From positions 1-33,077 of IMG/VR virus record IMGVR_UViG_3300028742_000021: 33,077 nt of DNA; one strand, given 5' to 3'. Position 1 is the stretch's first letter; every line of letters starts with the position of its first letter. This DNA is from a virus (lineage: Duplodnaviria > Caudoviricetes). Shown piece by piece: positions 17,083-24,697 of this stretch. The translations under genes were made by a program, and so were the position numbers. Below the pieces are notes generated by a model. The model worked only from the letters and a program-made list of their open reading frames with translations, was not told where the DNA came from and did not search any database.

Positions 17083-18444
17083 TTAAAGCGATTCCAGAAT
17101 GATTGCGCGTTTGCACGCCGAGCTATTGGCGGTCGGAATCGTTGCGGACGTGGTGGTGGTGTCGGTCGGCACGGCAAAACCGCCCGAATACGACCACGTT
17201 TGCGTAATCACCTGCTGAAGCGCATCAAGCGGCGAGCGAGTCACCATCGCAATGTCGTCGACGATGACGATCGAGTCGTCCTTGTCCTGACCTTCGAGAT
17301 TGCCGCGATAGGCTTCGTTCGTGAACACGCCTTCGACCAGCGCGCCCTGACCACACAGGACTCCACGGCGAACCGTACCGACACCGGCCAACGTCTGGAC
17401 CGGGTTCAAGTTGGTTTCTTGGAGCCGCACGCCCAGAAGCTCGGCAACAACGCCCTGGCGATATTCCTCGGTCGTCACCTGACCACGGAAGAACATCTGG
17501 AAGGCCGGATCGCTGTACAACCCGGTCGCCTGAAGCGGATCGAGGTACATGTGATACATGCCCGTCGCATCAACCACCGGCACGCCATTGGCCGCCATCG
17601 TGGCCTTGGCGTTCAGGATCATACCCATCGTCAACTTGCCGCTGTTGTTGTCGTTGGTCGCAGAGATGGCAGCGGATGTGGCGGCCATCAGGCCTGAACT
17701 CGTGATCGTCGGGCGAAGTACCACTGGCGCCACGGACGAGACAACCGCATTCAGCGCGGTAGCATCGGCAACCGTCACCGAGGTCGAGAACGTCAGTGTG
17801 CCGGAAACGCCGCCCGGCGTAGTCGATACGTTGGACCCGTCTGCGGTCGAACCTTGCAGCGAGTACGTGTCACTGCCGACAACCACGTTCACCGCATTCG
17901 ACGACGAGATCGGCACCACCTGGCCGGCGCTGTTCAGTGTGTTTTGGAATCCACGGATATCATCGACCGAGATGGTGGCGGCCGGCGAGCCGAGCGTGGT
18001 ACGTACACGGGTATTGCCGCCCATGTACGCGTTGAACAGCGCCATCTGCGCCAGCGTATCGACCGAACGGTAGGCCTGTTCGCCCAGCGCGTAACCGTTG
18101 CGCAGGAACAGGTTGTCGATCGCAACACGCGCCGTAGCGATGTTGAGCTGCATCATGCCGGGATATTGAGCGATGCCCAGAATGTACTGCTCGACGCTGT
18201 AGTTCTGCGCGGTCAGGCCCGACGTGATGTCGGAGTTGTCCGCCGGTGACATTGGGGTCGTGATAGCCGGGAGCAAGCCGGTGCGGGTCTTGGCGATCGT
18301 TTCACCGATGTTCGCCATGAACGGCTCACGATCGGCAATAGCGCGGAAACCCAGTTTGGCGCGCAACGGCATGCCGAACTGGTGCTCGAGATAGCCGAGC
18401 TGAATCACCGACTGAATTGATGCGGGGAGGTTATTAAAAGCCAT
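17083..18444 (-). CDS. Major capsid protein (HK97 fold)
   Basis: Likely start is the ATG at 18444 (MAFNNLP) with an AGGA RBS; 453 aa; follows the scaffold. Shows IGETI (E-loop region), Y..YLDP.Q...L and G.VAELLGVRLQET patterns. Confidence 0.85.
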   Translation of the reverse strand: MAFNNLPASIQSVIQLGYLEHQFGMPLRAKLGFRAIADREPFMANIGETIAKTRTGLLPAITTPMSPADNSDITSGLTAQNYSVEQYILGIAQYPGMMQLNIATARVAIDNLFLRNGYALGEQAYRSVDTLAQMALFNAYMGGNTRVRTTLGSPAATISVDDIRGFQNTLNSAGQVVPISSSNAVNVVVGSDTYSLQGSTADGSNVSTTPGGVSGTLTFSTSVTVADATALNAVVSSVAPVVLRPTITSSGLMAATSAAISATNDNNSGKLTMGMILNAKATMAANGVPVVDATGMYHMYLDPLQATGLYSDPAFQMFFRGQVTTEEYRQGVVAELLGVRLQETNLNPVQTLAGVGTVRRGVLCGQGALVEGVFTNEAYRGNLEGQDKDDSIVIVDDIAMVTRSPLDALQQVITQTWSYSGGFAVPTDTTTTSATIPTANSSACKRAIILESL

Positions 18445-18548
18445 GACAAGTCCTGTGTGGTTTGGGTAGGGTGTTTCCCCCTCGCCACCAGGGCTGTCGG
18501 GCAATAATGCAAGTGGCCGCGTGAGGCGGCCGGTAGGTCAACGAACGA

Positions 18549-19214
18549 TCAAAACGCCTTGAGGTTCAGGCCGCGAGATTTGGCATCAGCCGCAATCTCC
18601 TCTTTCGTTGCAGTGCGCGCATCGAAGGTTTCGGCCTTTTTCTTCGGCGGAGGGGTGCTGGTGCTGCTCGTGCTCGCCAGCGGCTCCTTGAACAGATACG
18701 GCTTGGCGGTCTTGAACGTCGTCAGCAACTCCGCGACGCCGGCCACTTCGCCGGTCGTTTCATCCACCTTCAGGCTCGACGTGTCGATCAGCTTGATCGC
18801 GTCCACATCCTGCAGGCCGAGCGAGACGGCGACGGCCTTGACTTCGGAATTGATGATGCGGCGATCCGAAGCGGCGCGTTCAGCATCGAGCGTCGCTTTC
18901 GTCTCGACCTTCTGGGCATCAATCGCCTTCTTCACCGCCTCGTCGATCTTGGCCTGTGCTGCCGCCTCATCAATTACCTTCGTTTTTTCGCGCAGGCTCG
19001 CGTTCTCGCGGCGCAATTCGCGGGCGTGTTCACGCCACTGGTCAGGGACTTCCTCAATCGGAAGGTCAAGCAGCGGATTACCGGTCTTCACCGGTGGCGT
19101 GACGGGTGCGGCTGGCGCCGGTGGCGTAACAGGCGGTGCTCCGGTTGATGCGTGGTCGCCATCGGGCGACATCAGACGGGCTTGCATCATCAAGTGGCGC
19201 AACAGGGTTGGCAT
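18549..19214 (-). CDS. Capsid scaffolding protein
   Basis: 221 aa with a Pro-rich N-terminus, coiled coil (RELRRENASLR), D.DAIKLID...KVD, and the KPYLF motif. GGAGAGG RBS. Confidence 0.85.
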   Translation of the reverse strand: MPTLLRHLMMQARLMSPDGDHASTGAPPVTPPAPAAPVTPPVKTGNPLLDLPIEEVPDQWREHARELRRENASLREKTKVIDEAAAQAKIDEAVKKAIDAQKVETKATLDAERAASDRRIINSEVKAVAVSLGLQDVDAIKLIDTSSLKVDETTGEVAGVAELLTTFKTAKPYLFKEPLASTSSTSTPPPKKKAETFDARTATKEEIAADAKSRGLNLKAF

Positions 19215-19229
19215 CTAGCCTCTCCAATG

Positions 19230-19277
19230 AAAAACGACCGCATCGAGCGGCCAGGTTGATATCCGGCATCGAGCCGG
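19230..19277 (-). promoter_or_regulatory. Two tandem hairpins with an identical GCTCGATGC core upstream of the scaffold RBS; the second is followed by a U-tract
   Basis: - strand CCGGC-TCGAT-GCCGG (19263-19277) and GGCCGC-TCGAT-GCGGTC (19236-19252) followed by GTTTTT. Confidence 0.5.
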
Positions 19278-19286
19278 CGGGCAAAA

Positions 19287-20762
19287 CTATTCGGTGATCG
19301 CAGCGGTTACGGTGGCCGCAGCATTGCGCTCAGCCATCTCGGCATCGGCAAGCCGTTTTTCAGCGGCTGCATCTTCGATGTCGTATTCAGCGGCGAGGAT
19401 CTTGATGGCCGTCTCGCGGCTCTGCAGTCCAGAGTCACAAAGCTTGGCAAGCGTGGTGGCACGCGTCAGCATGTCCTGCAGGGTCGGTGCGTACCAGGCC
19501 GGCCAGCGCAGGCTGATGCCCGACTTGATATCGAACTTGCCGACCTTTTCGCCATCCTTGAACACCAGCTCGGACTTCTCGGACGCCTTCGCAATCATGC
19601 ACAGCAGTTCTTTCAGCGCGCCCTCGCCGTAGCTGATCCGCAGCCGATCGGCCAGCCAGACCAGCGCCTGATTCATCAATTCCATTGCGCGGCCCGACTG
19701 CGCCGAGGACATTTTCTCGGGGCTGGTGCGGTTGCCGTGCAGCGTTTCGAGTTGGATCTCGCGCAGGTATTTGACGTAATCCAACACCGCGGCGGATCCG
19801 GTTCCGTTGATTTCGAGCAGCTTGGCGTCGCCTTCGGCACTGACCTTGATCGCGTTGGCGGCACCTTTGACCGTCGGCCCGTTTTCGCCGTACGCCGGTT
19901 CTTTGATGAGTAGCGTCGGATCGGACGTGTATTTCAGCCCCCGACCATCCTGCGAAAGTTGGTAATCGATCTCGATCTGCGTGTCGATCGCCTCGCCGCA
20001 GAACGTGGGCTTGCCATCAATCGCGTCGCCACCAGGCAGGTTCTTGACCCACGCCACCGGCACGAAACCGAGCGCGTGTTTGACCGTCTTGTCTTTGTCG
20101 ATCGACGGCGCGAATTCAAGCCCGGCCGCCTTTTTGTCAACCTCGTCCGCCACCTTCCACGGCGTGAACCACGTTTCAGCCGCGGCATCCCACTCGCGGC
20201 AAAACCAAAAATCGGCGCCGAAGTCGTCTAGCTTGATCGAATAGCCCGAATCCTTGAGCGCGCGCCCCTTGACCTTGTACTTTTCAACGACCTTCAGCAG
20301 CGTGTCTGGCGCCTCTGGATTCCAGATCGGCGTCAGGTAATCGGTTTCCATCGCGTCGAAGAACACGCGCTGCTTGAGCACGCGGAACAGGATCGCGACG
20401 GACCCGACACTGCCTTTCGTGGCCGCGTCGATCATGACCGCGTTCATGCCGCATTCCTTGATGAGCTTCCCCATCGCCTGCTTTTGCTCGGGGCTTTTTA
20501 GGTCGACGGTCGGGAAATGCCCCTCGGAGAACAGCAGCGAGACGGAATCATTCACCACCGTTCGGCATAGATTCATGCGCACGCTCGGGCGCCGCTTGCG
20601 TAACGGGATGTAGGTCCCGTCGCCAGACTCTTCCTCGTCGAACGCGTGCTTGAGCTCGTCATACAGCGTGCCGTTGAGCACTCGTTGCAGCGTCTGCAGG
20701 CGGAATGTCCGCTCCGGGAAATCCTTGTCTTTCGGGAAATCCTTTTGCAGGGTCTTAAACAT
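19287..20762 (-). CDS. Portal protein (SPP1 gp6-like)
   Basis: 491 aa between terL and the scaffold, with NLCRTVVNDSVSLLF, H.LGFVPV.WVKN and SAQSGRAMEL patterns. Confidence 0.85.
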   Translation of the reverse strand: MFKTLQKDFPKDKDFPERTFRLQTLQRVLNGTLYDELKHAFDEEESGDGTYIPLRKRRPSVRMNLCRTVVNDSVSLLFSEGHFPTVDLKSPEQKQAMGKLIKECGMNAVMIDAATKGSVGSVAILFRVLKQRVFFDAMETDYLTPIWNPEAPDTLLKVVEKYKVKGRALKDSGYSIKLDDFGADFWFCREWDAAAETWFTPWKVADEVDKKAAGLEFAPSIDKDKTVKHALGFVPVAWVKNLPGGDAIDGKPTFCGEAIDTQIEIDYQLSQDGRGLKYTSDPTLLIKEPAYGENGPTVKGAANAIKVSAEGDAKLLEINGTGSAAVLDYVKYLREIQLETLHGNRTSPEKMSSAQSGRAMELMNQALVWLADRLRISYGEGALKELLCMIAKASEKSELVFKDGEKVGKFDIKSGISLRWPAWYAPTLQDMLTRATTLAKLCDSGLQSRETAIKILAAEYDIEDAAAEKRLADAEMAERNAAATVTAAITE

Positions 20763-20800
20763 GCCGGCCTTGTGCTTGGTGTGCTTGGAACTGCCCGCGC

Positions 20801-21175
20801 TTATTCAGCGTCGTAGGTGGCGGCGAAGACGTCGGGTTTGACGGCGGAATGATTGCCTCTCGCGTCTGTCACGATCCAGTCGCCAGGGCAGACGGTTTCG
20901 CCAGTTGCGCCGGCATCGATCCAGCCATGCACATGCATTTCGTTATCGCAATGGCGACACAACTTCTCGCCACCAACATCCGGGCGGCGGAAATAACGGA
21001 CTACCTCACCTTCCCAGCCCTTTGCCTTACGCTCTTCCGGCGAAAACATGCGCTCTCGGCGCAAGCCATCAATGTGCTCGTGACCGACCATGGAGCTGCT
21101 GTAATCCGCAGGATGGTCGCCATTCTTGAACCACTGCGACGCCTCGACGGAAATTGGCTTCTTGATGAATTTCAT
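20801..21175 (-). CDS. Hypothetical phage protein (KKP.VEA.QW...PGDWI...KPD.F..TY family)
   Basis: 124 aa with that recurrent phage motif set; inserted between terL and portal. Confidence 0.75.
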   Translation of the reverse strand: MKFIKKPISVEASQWFKNGDHPADYSSSMVGHEHIDGLRRERMFSPEERKAKGWEGEVVRYFRRPDVGGEKLCRHCDNEMHVHGWIDAGATGETVCPGDWIVTDARGNHSAVKPDVFAATYDAE

Positions 21176-21178
21176 GCG

Positions 21179-22510
21179 CTACCTGTTCATGTGGGGAACG
21201 TGGGCCGCCTGGGTTGCGATTCCCTTAATGCTCGGCCATTCGACATCGACGCAGTACCCAATCGCCGTCGTAATGTGCTGATACTTGTTCTTCTGGTCTT
21301 CCTGAAACGTCGATCCTTCCTGTAACTGGACAGTCGCCAGGCCTTTGTCGCACCATTTGGCAGTCGTTGGATTGACGAACAGACTGCGCATGCCGTCTGC
21401 GGTGCGAATCTTCGTGCGCACCGCGTTTTGTCGGTCCTTAATGGCCGGTGCCGCAGGCTTGACCTTGCGCACGAACCGCCAGTTATGCGCCTTCAGCACA
21501 CCTTCGATATCGGTGTAATCGGACGCGTGACCGTGCTTCTCGCCAGCCCGCCCAGCAGGATCGCCATAGATCAGCACTTCGCGATTCTGGTGATTGACGA
21601 ACTTCTCGACGAACTCCATCGCCGACTGCTTGGAAATGGCGCTCGTCAAAACGATCTCATCGAGCAGGTACAGCCCGTTGTCACGCCGAACGCCGACCGC
21701 AGAAGACAGCGGCGTAAAGTTCTGGTCGTGCATCCATAGCAACTGTTCATGCGGCTCGATGCGCGCGTCTGTGTGGTTCGTGCGGTCGTAATCCTCGTAG
21801 ATGCGGCCCGTTGCGCCCTCGAAGCTAGCCTCGTATTCCTGCTTGTACTGTTTCGCGGACATTTGCCGCTTGGCTGCGGCGATCGTGTCGGCTGGCAAGA
21901 TCTCCGCGCTCTTCCAGTGGAAAAGCTTCCAGTCTGGATCGTTACCCGACTCGGCATACTTCGCCATGTCGTAGTAGTGATTCAGGCCGTCGGGCACACC
22001 GATCAGCCAACACCATGCCTTGTAATCAGGGCGAGTCGGGTTGAAGGTGTCCAGCGCGGGACGGATGTTCGATTCCCACGCTTCGGCTTTAACGTCGGCG
22101 ATTTCGTCAATCACACCACCGGACCAGAAGACACCTTCAATTCGCTCGGGTCGATCCAGGCCGATCAACTGAACCTGAGTGCCGTTGTCCAAGAAGATAA
22201 TCAGATCGGTTTCTGATGGCGGCTTACTACAGAGGCTCACCAAACAGAGCTTCTTCATGTCAGCCCAGTAAATTTTCTTTACTTGGTCTCGCGTCGGCGC
22301 CGCAATGAAGTACATCTCGCCCGGATTCTTCATCGCCATTTTGGCAACGAAACGCTTGGCTCGCTCGGTCTTTCCTGAACGTCGGCCTGCAGGAACCACC
22401 GGGAACCGCACGCCATTCTCTACGGCGCGAATCAATTCCGCCTGAACCGGATGGTCGATCAACTTGTACCAGCGGGCTAGTTCACGCTGAGTTTGCAGGT
22501 TGAGTGCCAT
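21179..22510 (-). CDS. terL: Terminase large subunit
   Basis: Walker A AGRRSGKT, Walker B GVIDE, LIGVP coupling motif, QEYEASF, and nuclease-domain HDQNF and YGDPAG. Confidence 0.95.
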   Translation of the reverse strand: MALNLQTQRELARWYKLIDHPVQAELIRAVENGVRFPVVPAGRRSGKTERAKRFVAKMAMKNPGEMYFIAAPTRDQVKKIYWADMKKLCLVSLCSKPPSETDLIIFLDNGTQVQLIGLDRPERIEGVFWSGGVIDEIADVKAEAWESNIRPALDTFNPTRPDYKAWCWLIGVPDGLNHYYDMAKYAESGNDPDWKLFHWKSAEILPADTIAAAKRQMSAKQYKQEYEASFEGATGRIYEDYDRTNHTDARIEPHEQLLWMHDQNFTPLSSAVGVRRDNGLYLLDEIVLTSAISKQSAMEFVEKFVNHQNREVLIYGDPAGRAGEKHGHASDYTDIEGVLKAHNWRFVRKVKPAAPAIKDRQNAVRTKIRTADGMRSLFVNPTTAKWCDKGLATVQLQEGSTFQEDQKNKYQHITTAIGYCVDVEWPSIKGIATQAAHVPHMNR

Positions 22511-23049
22511 CAGTCAGGGAGGTGAGCGGCGATCTCCTTCAGCAATGCGCTTCGGTCTGAGTCGGGCTCGTTGAGCTTATCGACCGCCTCTTTGTTCGCT
22601 CGCAATAGGTTGATGCCGATTTCGCTAGATTCGTTGGCCAGTTTGGTGAGCACCGAGATTCCCTTAAGTGCGTCAAGGCTTCCCTGTGTGAGCGGCGCAG
22701 CGTCGTCTATCTCCGACACCTTCATGTTGGCGATGCCAGACAGCCGGTGCGCGGTGGCGGCGCCAAACCTTCCGGCGCCAGCCAGGTGCCTGCTTATCGA
22801 CTTCAGATCATCAGCCAGCGATATGGCGTCGTTTTGTTCCGAAACTGGCAGTGATCGTAACGAAACTTCTGTCGCAACGATTTGATTCGCAACGGTTTTT
22901 ATGTTTTCGATGCGTTTCGAAACTCGCTCGCTAATCCGTGTTTTCGAAACGCCGTATTCGCGACTCAGATCGGCAGCTTTCTCGCCCGCCAAGAGCCGCT
23001 TGCGGATCTCTTCCCACTGGGTGTCGGTTAGCTTGGAGGGGCGCCCCAT
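22510..23049 (-). CDS. terS: Terminase small subunit with N-terminal HTH
   Basis: MGRPSKLT...GEKAADLSREYGVSKTRIS HTH; its stop overlaps the terL start. Confidence 0.8.
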   Translation of the reverse strand: MGRPSKLTDTQWEEIRKRLLAGEKAADLSREYGVSKTRISERVSKRIENIKTVANQIVATEVSLRSLPVSEQNDAISLADDLKSISRHLAGAGRFGAATAHRLSGIANMKVSEIDDAAPLTQGSLDALKGISVLTKLANESSEIGINLLRANKEAVDKLNEPDSDRSALLKEIAAHLPD

Positions 23050-23069
23050 AGAATTCTTTGAAATTAATG

Positions 23070-23106
23070 TTGCTATTTTCTACCAATGACATATACTGAA
23101 GTCATT
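23070..23106 (+). promoter_or_regulatory. Sigma70-like promoter with an overlapping palindromic operator
   Basis: -35 TTGCTA (23070-75), 16-bp spacer, -10 TATACT (23092-97). An inverted repeat AATGAC-N10-GTCATT (23085-23106) straddles the -10. Confidence 0.65.
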
Positions 23107-23134
23107 CCACCAGCGAACCGAACCGGAGTCGAAA

Positions 23135-23452
23135 ATGATCAAGAACAGCAAGCAGGCATGGGAAGTGGGTCAATCCGTTAATGTCGGCTTCATCAAGGGC
23201 TTGACCGTCATTGCGAAGGTCGCAACGCCCGGTGATTCAGCCCCTGACTCGTACGTTCTGGCGCGCGGCACGCAGATGTATTCGTTTGTGCCGCACAATG
23301 GCATCAGCAAGATCACGGATCAAGAAGCGCGCAATCTGGTTGCCAAGGCTGCATGGCAACGCATGAATGCCGAGTCCGCCGCAATGCTGGCCGCTCAAGA
23401 CATCACGCGCGCTGCCGCCTTCCGCGCTGAACTGATGACGATCTCGGCATGA
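23135..23452 (+). CDS. Hypothetical moron protein (105 aa)
   Basis: ATG with GGAG RBS, downstream of its own promoter and opposite to the late operon. Confidence 0.8.
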   Translation: MIKNSKQAWEVGQSVNVGFIKGLTVIAKVATPGDSAPDSYVLARGTQMYSFVPHNGISKITDQEARNLVAKAAWQRMNAESAAMLAAQDITRAAAFRAELMTISA

Positions 23453-23622
23453 GCAAGACTCAGCAAGCCCTTCAGTGGCTCCGTGAAAACCCCACCGAGA
23501 CGCGTTATGCGGCAGCGATCAAGTTTGGCCTGAGCCAGTCGACCGTATGGCGAGCCGTGGAAAACGAGAAGAAAACCGCTTCTGAGCGATGTCCGTGCTG
23601 CGGGCAGGTCATTCGGAAGTAA
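23449..23622 (+). CDS. Small HTH DNA-binding protein with C-terminal CPCCG motif (57 aa; not in the ORF track)
   Basis: Hand translation: MSKTQQALQWLRENPTETRYAAAIKFGLSQSTVWRAVENEKKTASERCPCCGQVIRK. ATGA overlap with the upstream gene. Confidence 0.8.
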   Translation: MSKTQQALQWLRENPTETRYAAAIKFGLSQSTVWRAVENEKKTASERCPCCGQVIRK

Positions 23623-23675
23623 ATTCTTGCTCGCAGACCCGCGAGCCGTGAGAAGGTTTCACTCGCCAATAGCGG

Positions 23676-23888
23676 TTAATCGCGCCAGCCGCCGGCCAAA
23701 GTCAGCGTCAGGCGATTAAACCCATCCATCAGACGGGAAGCACCGATGCTGGCCACCAAGCGCTCCCGCGTCTCGATGGGATATCGCGCTATGACCTTCT
23801 GAGCGAGTGCCAGGGACGCATGGGCCAGCGCCTCCCCCTCGCGGATAAGTGCAGCGCCGTCTTGATCCTCGACCACAGGCTGATTCAT
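23676..23888 (-). CDS. Hypothetical protein (70 aa)
   Basis: ATG start on the late-operon strand with a plausible helical sequence. Confidence 0.55.
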   Translation of the reverse strand: MNQPVVEDQDGAALIREGEALAHASLALAQKVIARYPIETRERLVASIGASRLMDGFNRLTLTLAGGWRD

Positions 23889-24013
23889 GTTTGCTCTTGA
23901 TTAGGGGTCGCCGTCGCCCGTCGCGGTTTGAACCCGTGCAACCGGGTAATGGCGGCTTACATTTCGTCAACGGCTGCCGGTGTTTTACCCACCGCCGGCT
24001 GGGGGACAAGAAT

Positions 24014-24037
24014 AAAAAAGCCCTGGGGCAACAGGGC
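24014..24037 (-). terminator. Rho-independent terminator
   Basis: - strand GCCCTG-TTGCCC-CAGGGC followed by TTTTTTATT. Confidence 0.7.
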
Positions 24038-24070
24038 AACCGTCGACTTTCGTCAACTGGAGGAGATCGG

Positions 24071-24523
24071 TTAAGCGACCGGGTTATGGCCTGCGGGCTT
24101 CGGTGCGCCGTCCGCCGGATTCGGTCGGTTTGATACGGTAACGCTGGTGACGCCGCACGAAAATCCGCCGAGACCGGTCGGGCAGTTCGGCCGGCCGCAG
24201 GCATAGCCCATAACTGGCGAAAGCGCGATTCCGCACTGAGCGCAACGCTGCTCGCCGATATTTGGGATCACCGGGCCAGATGGCCATACGTTGGGCGAAG
24301 TCCACGGAATCGCCGGGGTCGGCACGTCGCCATTCCGGTGCGCCGGCTCTTTGCCGACGCGCACGATCAGCGATTCGAGATACTCGATCTTCTCGCGGTC
24401 GGCGTGCCACGACTCGGCGATCTGTCGGACCACTCCCGGATCAAGCGACACGTCTCTATTGTCATCCGTCGCTTGGCGCGCACGCCGGCATAGCGACTGA
24501 GGCGTTTCAAGAATGGTCGGCAT
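24071..24523 (-). CDS. Hypothetical protein with a Cys cluster (CxxC...C.xxxCP)
   Basis: Likely start is the ATG at 24523 (MPTILET). Contains RCAQCGIALSPVMGYACGRPNCPTGLGG. Confidence 0.6.
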   Translation of the reverse strand: MPTILETPQSLCRRARQATDDNRDVSLDPGVVRQIAESWHADREKIEYLESLIVRVGKEPAHRNGDVPTPAIPWTSPNVWPSGPVIPNIGEQRCAQCGIALSPVMGYACGRPNCPTGLGGFSCGVTSVTVSNRPNPADGAPKPAGHNPVA

Positions 24524-24697
24524 AGTCTTATATAGGTTGAAAACGCCACCACACCGACAAGCTGTCGCCATTACGGCGCGTTTAACTCGGTTGGGCACTC
24601 TTCGATGCAGCAACGCCTTCAGGTCTGACGTCGGCTGCACGCGGTCTCGTGGACGTGCGTAACAGGCATCCGGCGGCAGGCATGAAGGGGCTGGTTA

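Noticed and set aside
10931-18504. Longer upstream starts given by the ORF track (10999, 16013, 17116, 18504)
   Set aside because: Internal ATGs at 10930, 15971, 16999 and 18444 have an RBS or stop/start coupling and avoid overlap with neighbouring genes or hairpins.
23920-23945. GGTTCAAACC T-loop-like motif on the - strand suggesting a tRNA
   Set aside because: The T-stem does not pair properly, and no acceptor, D or anticodon arms could be built.
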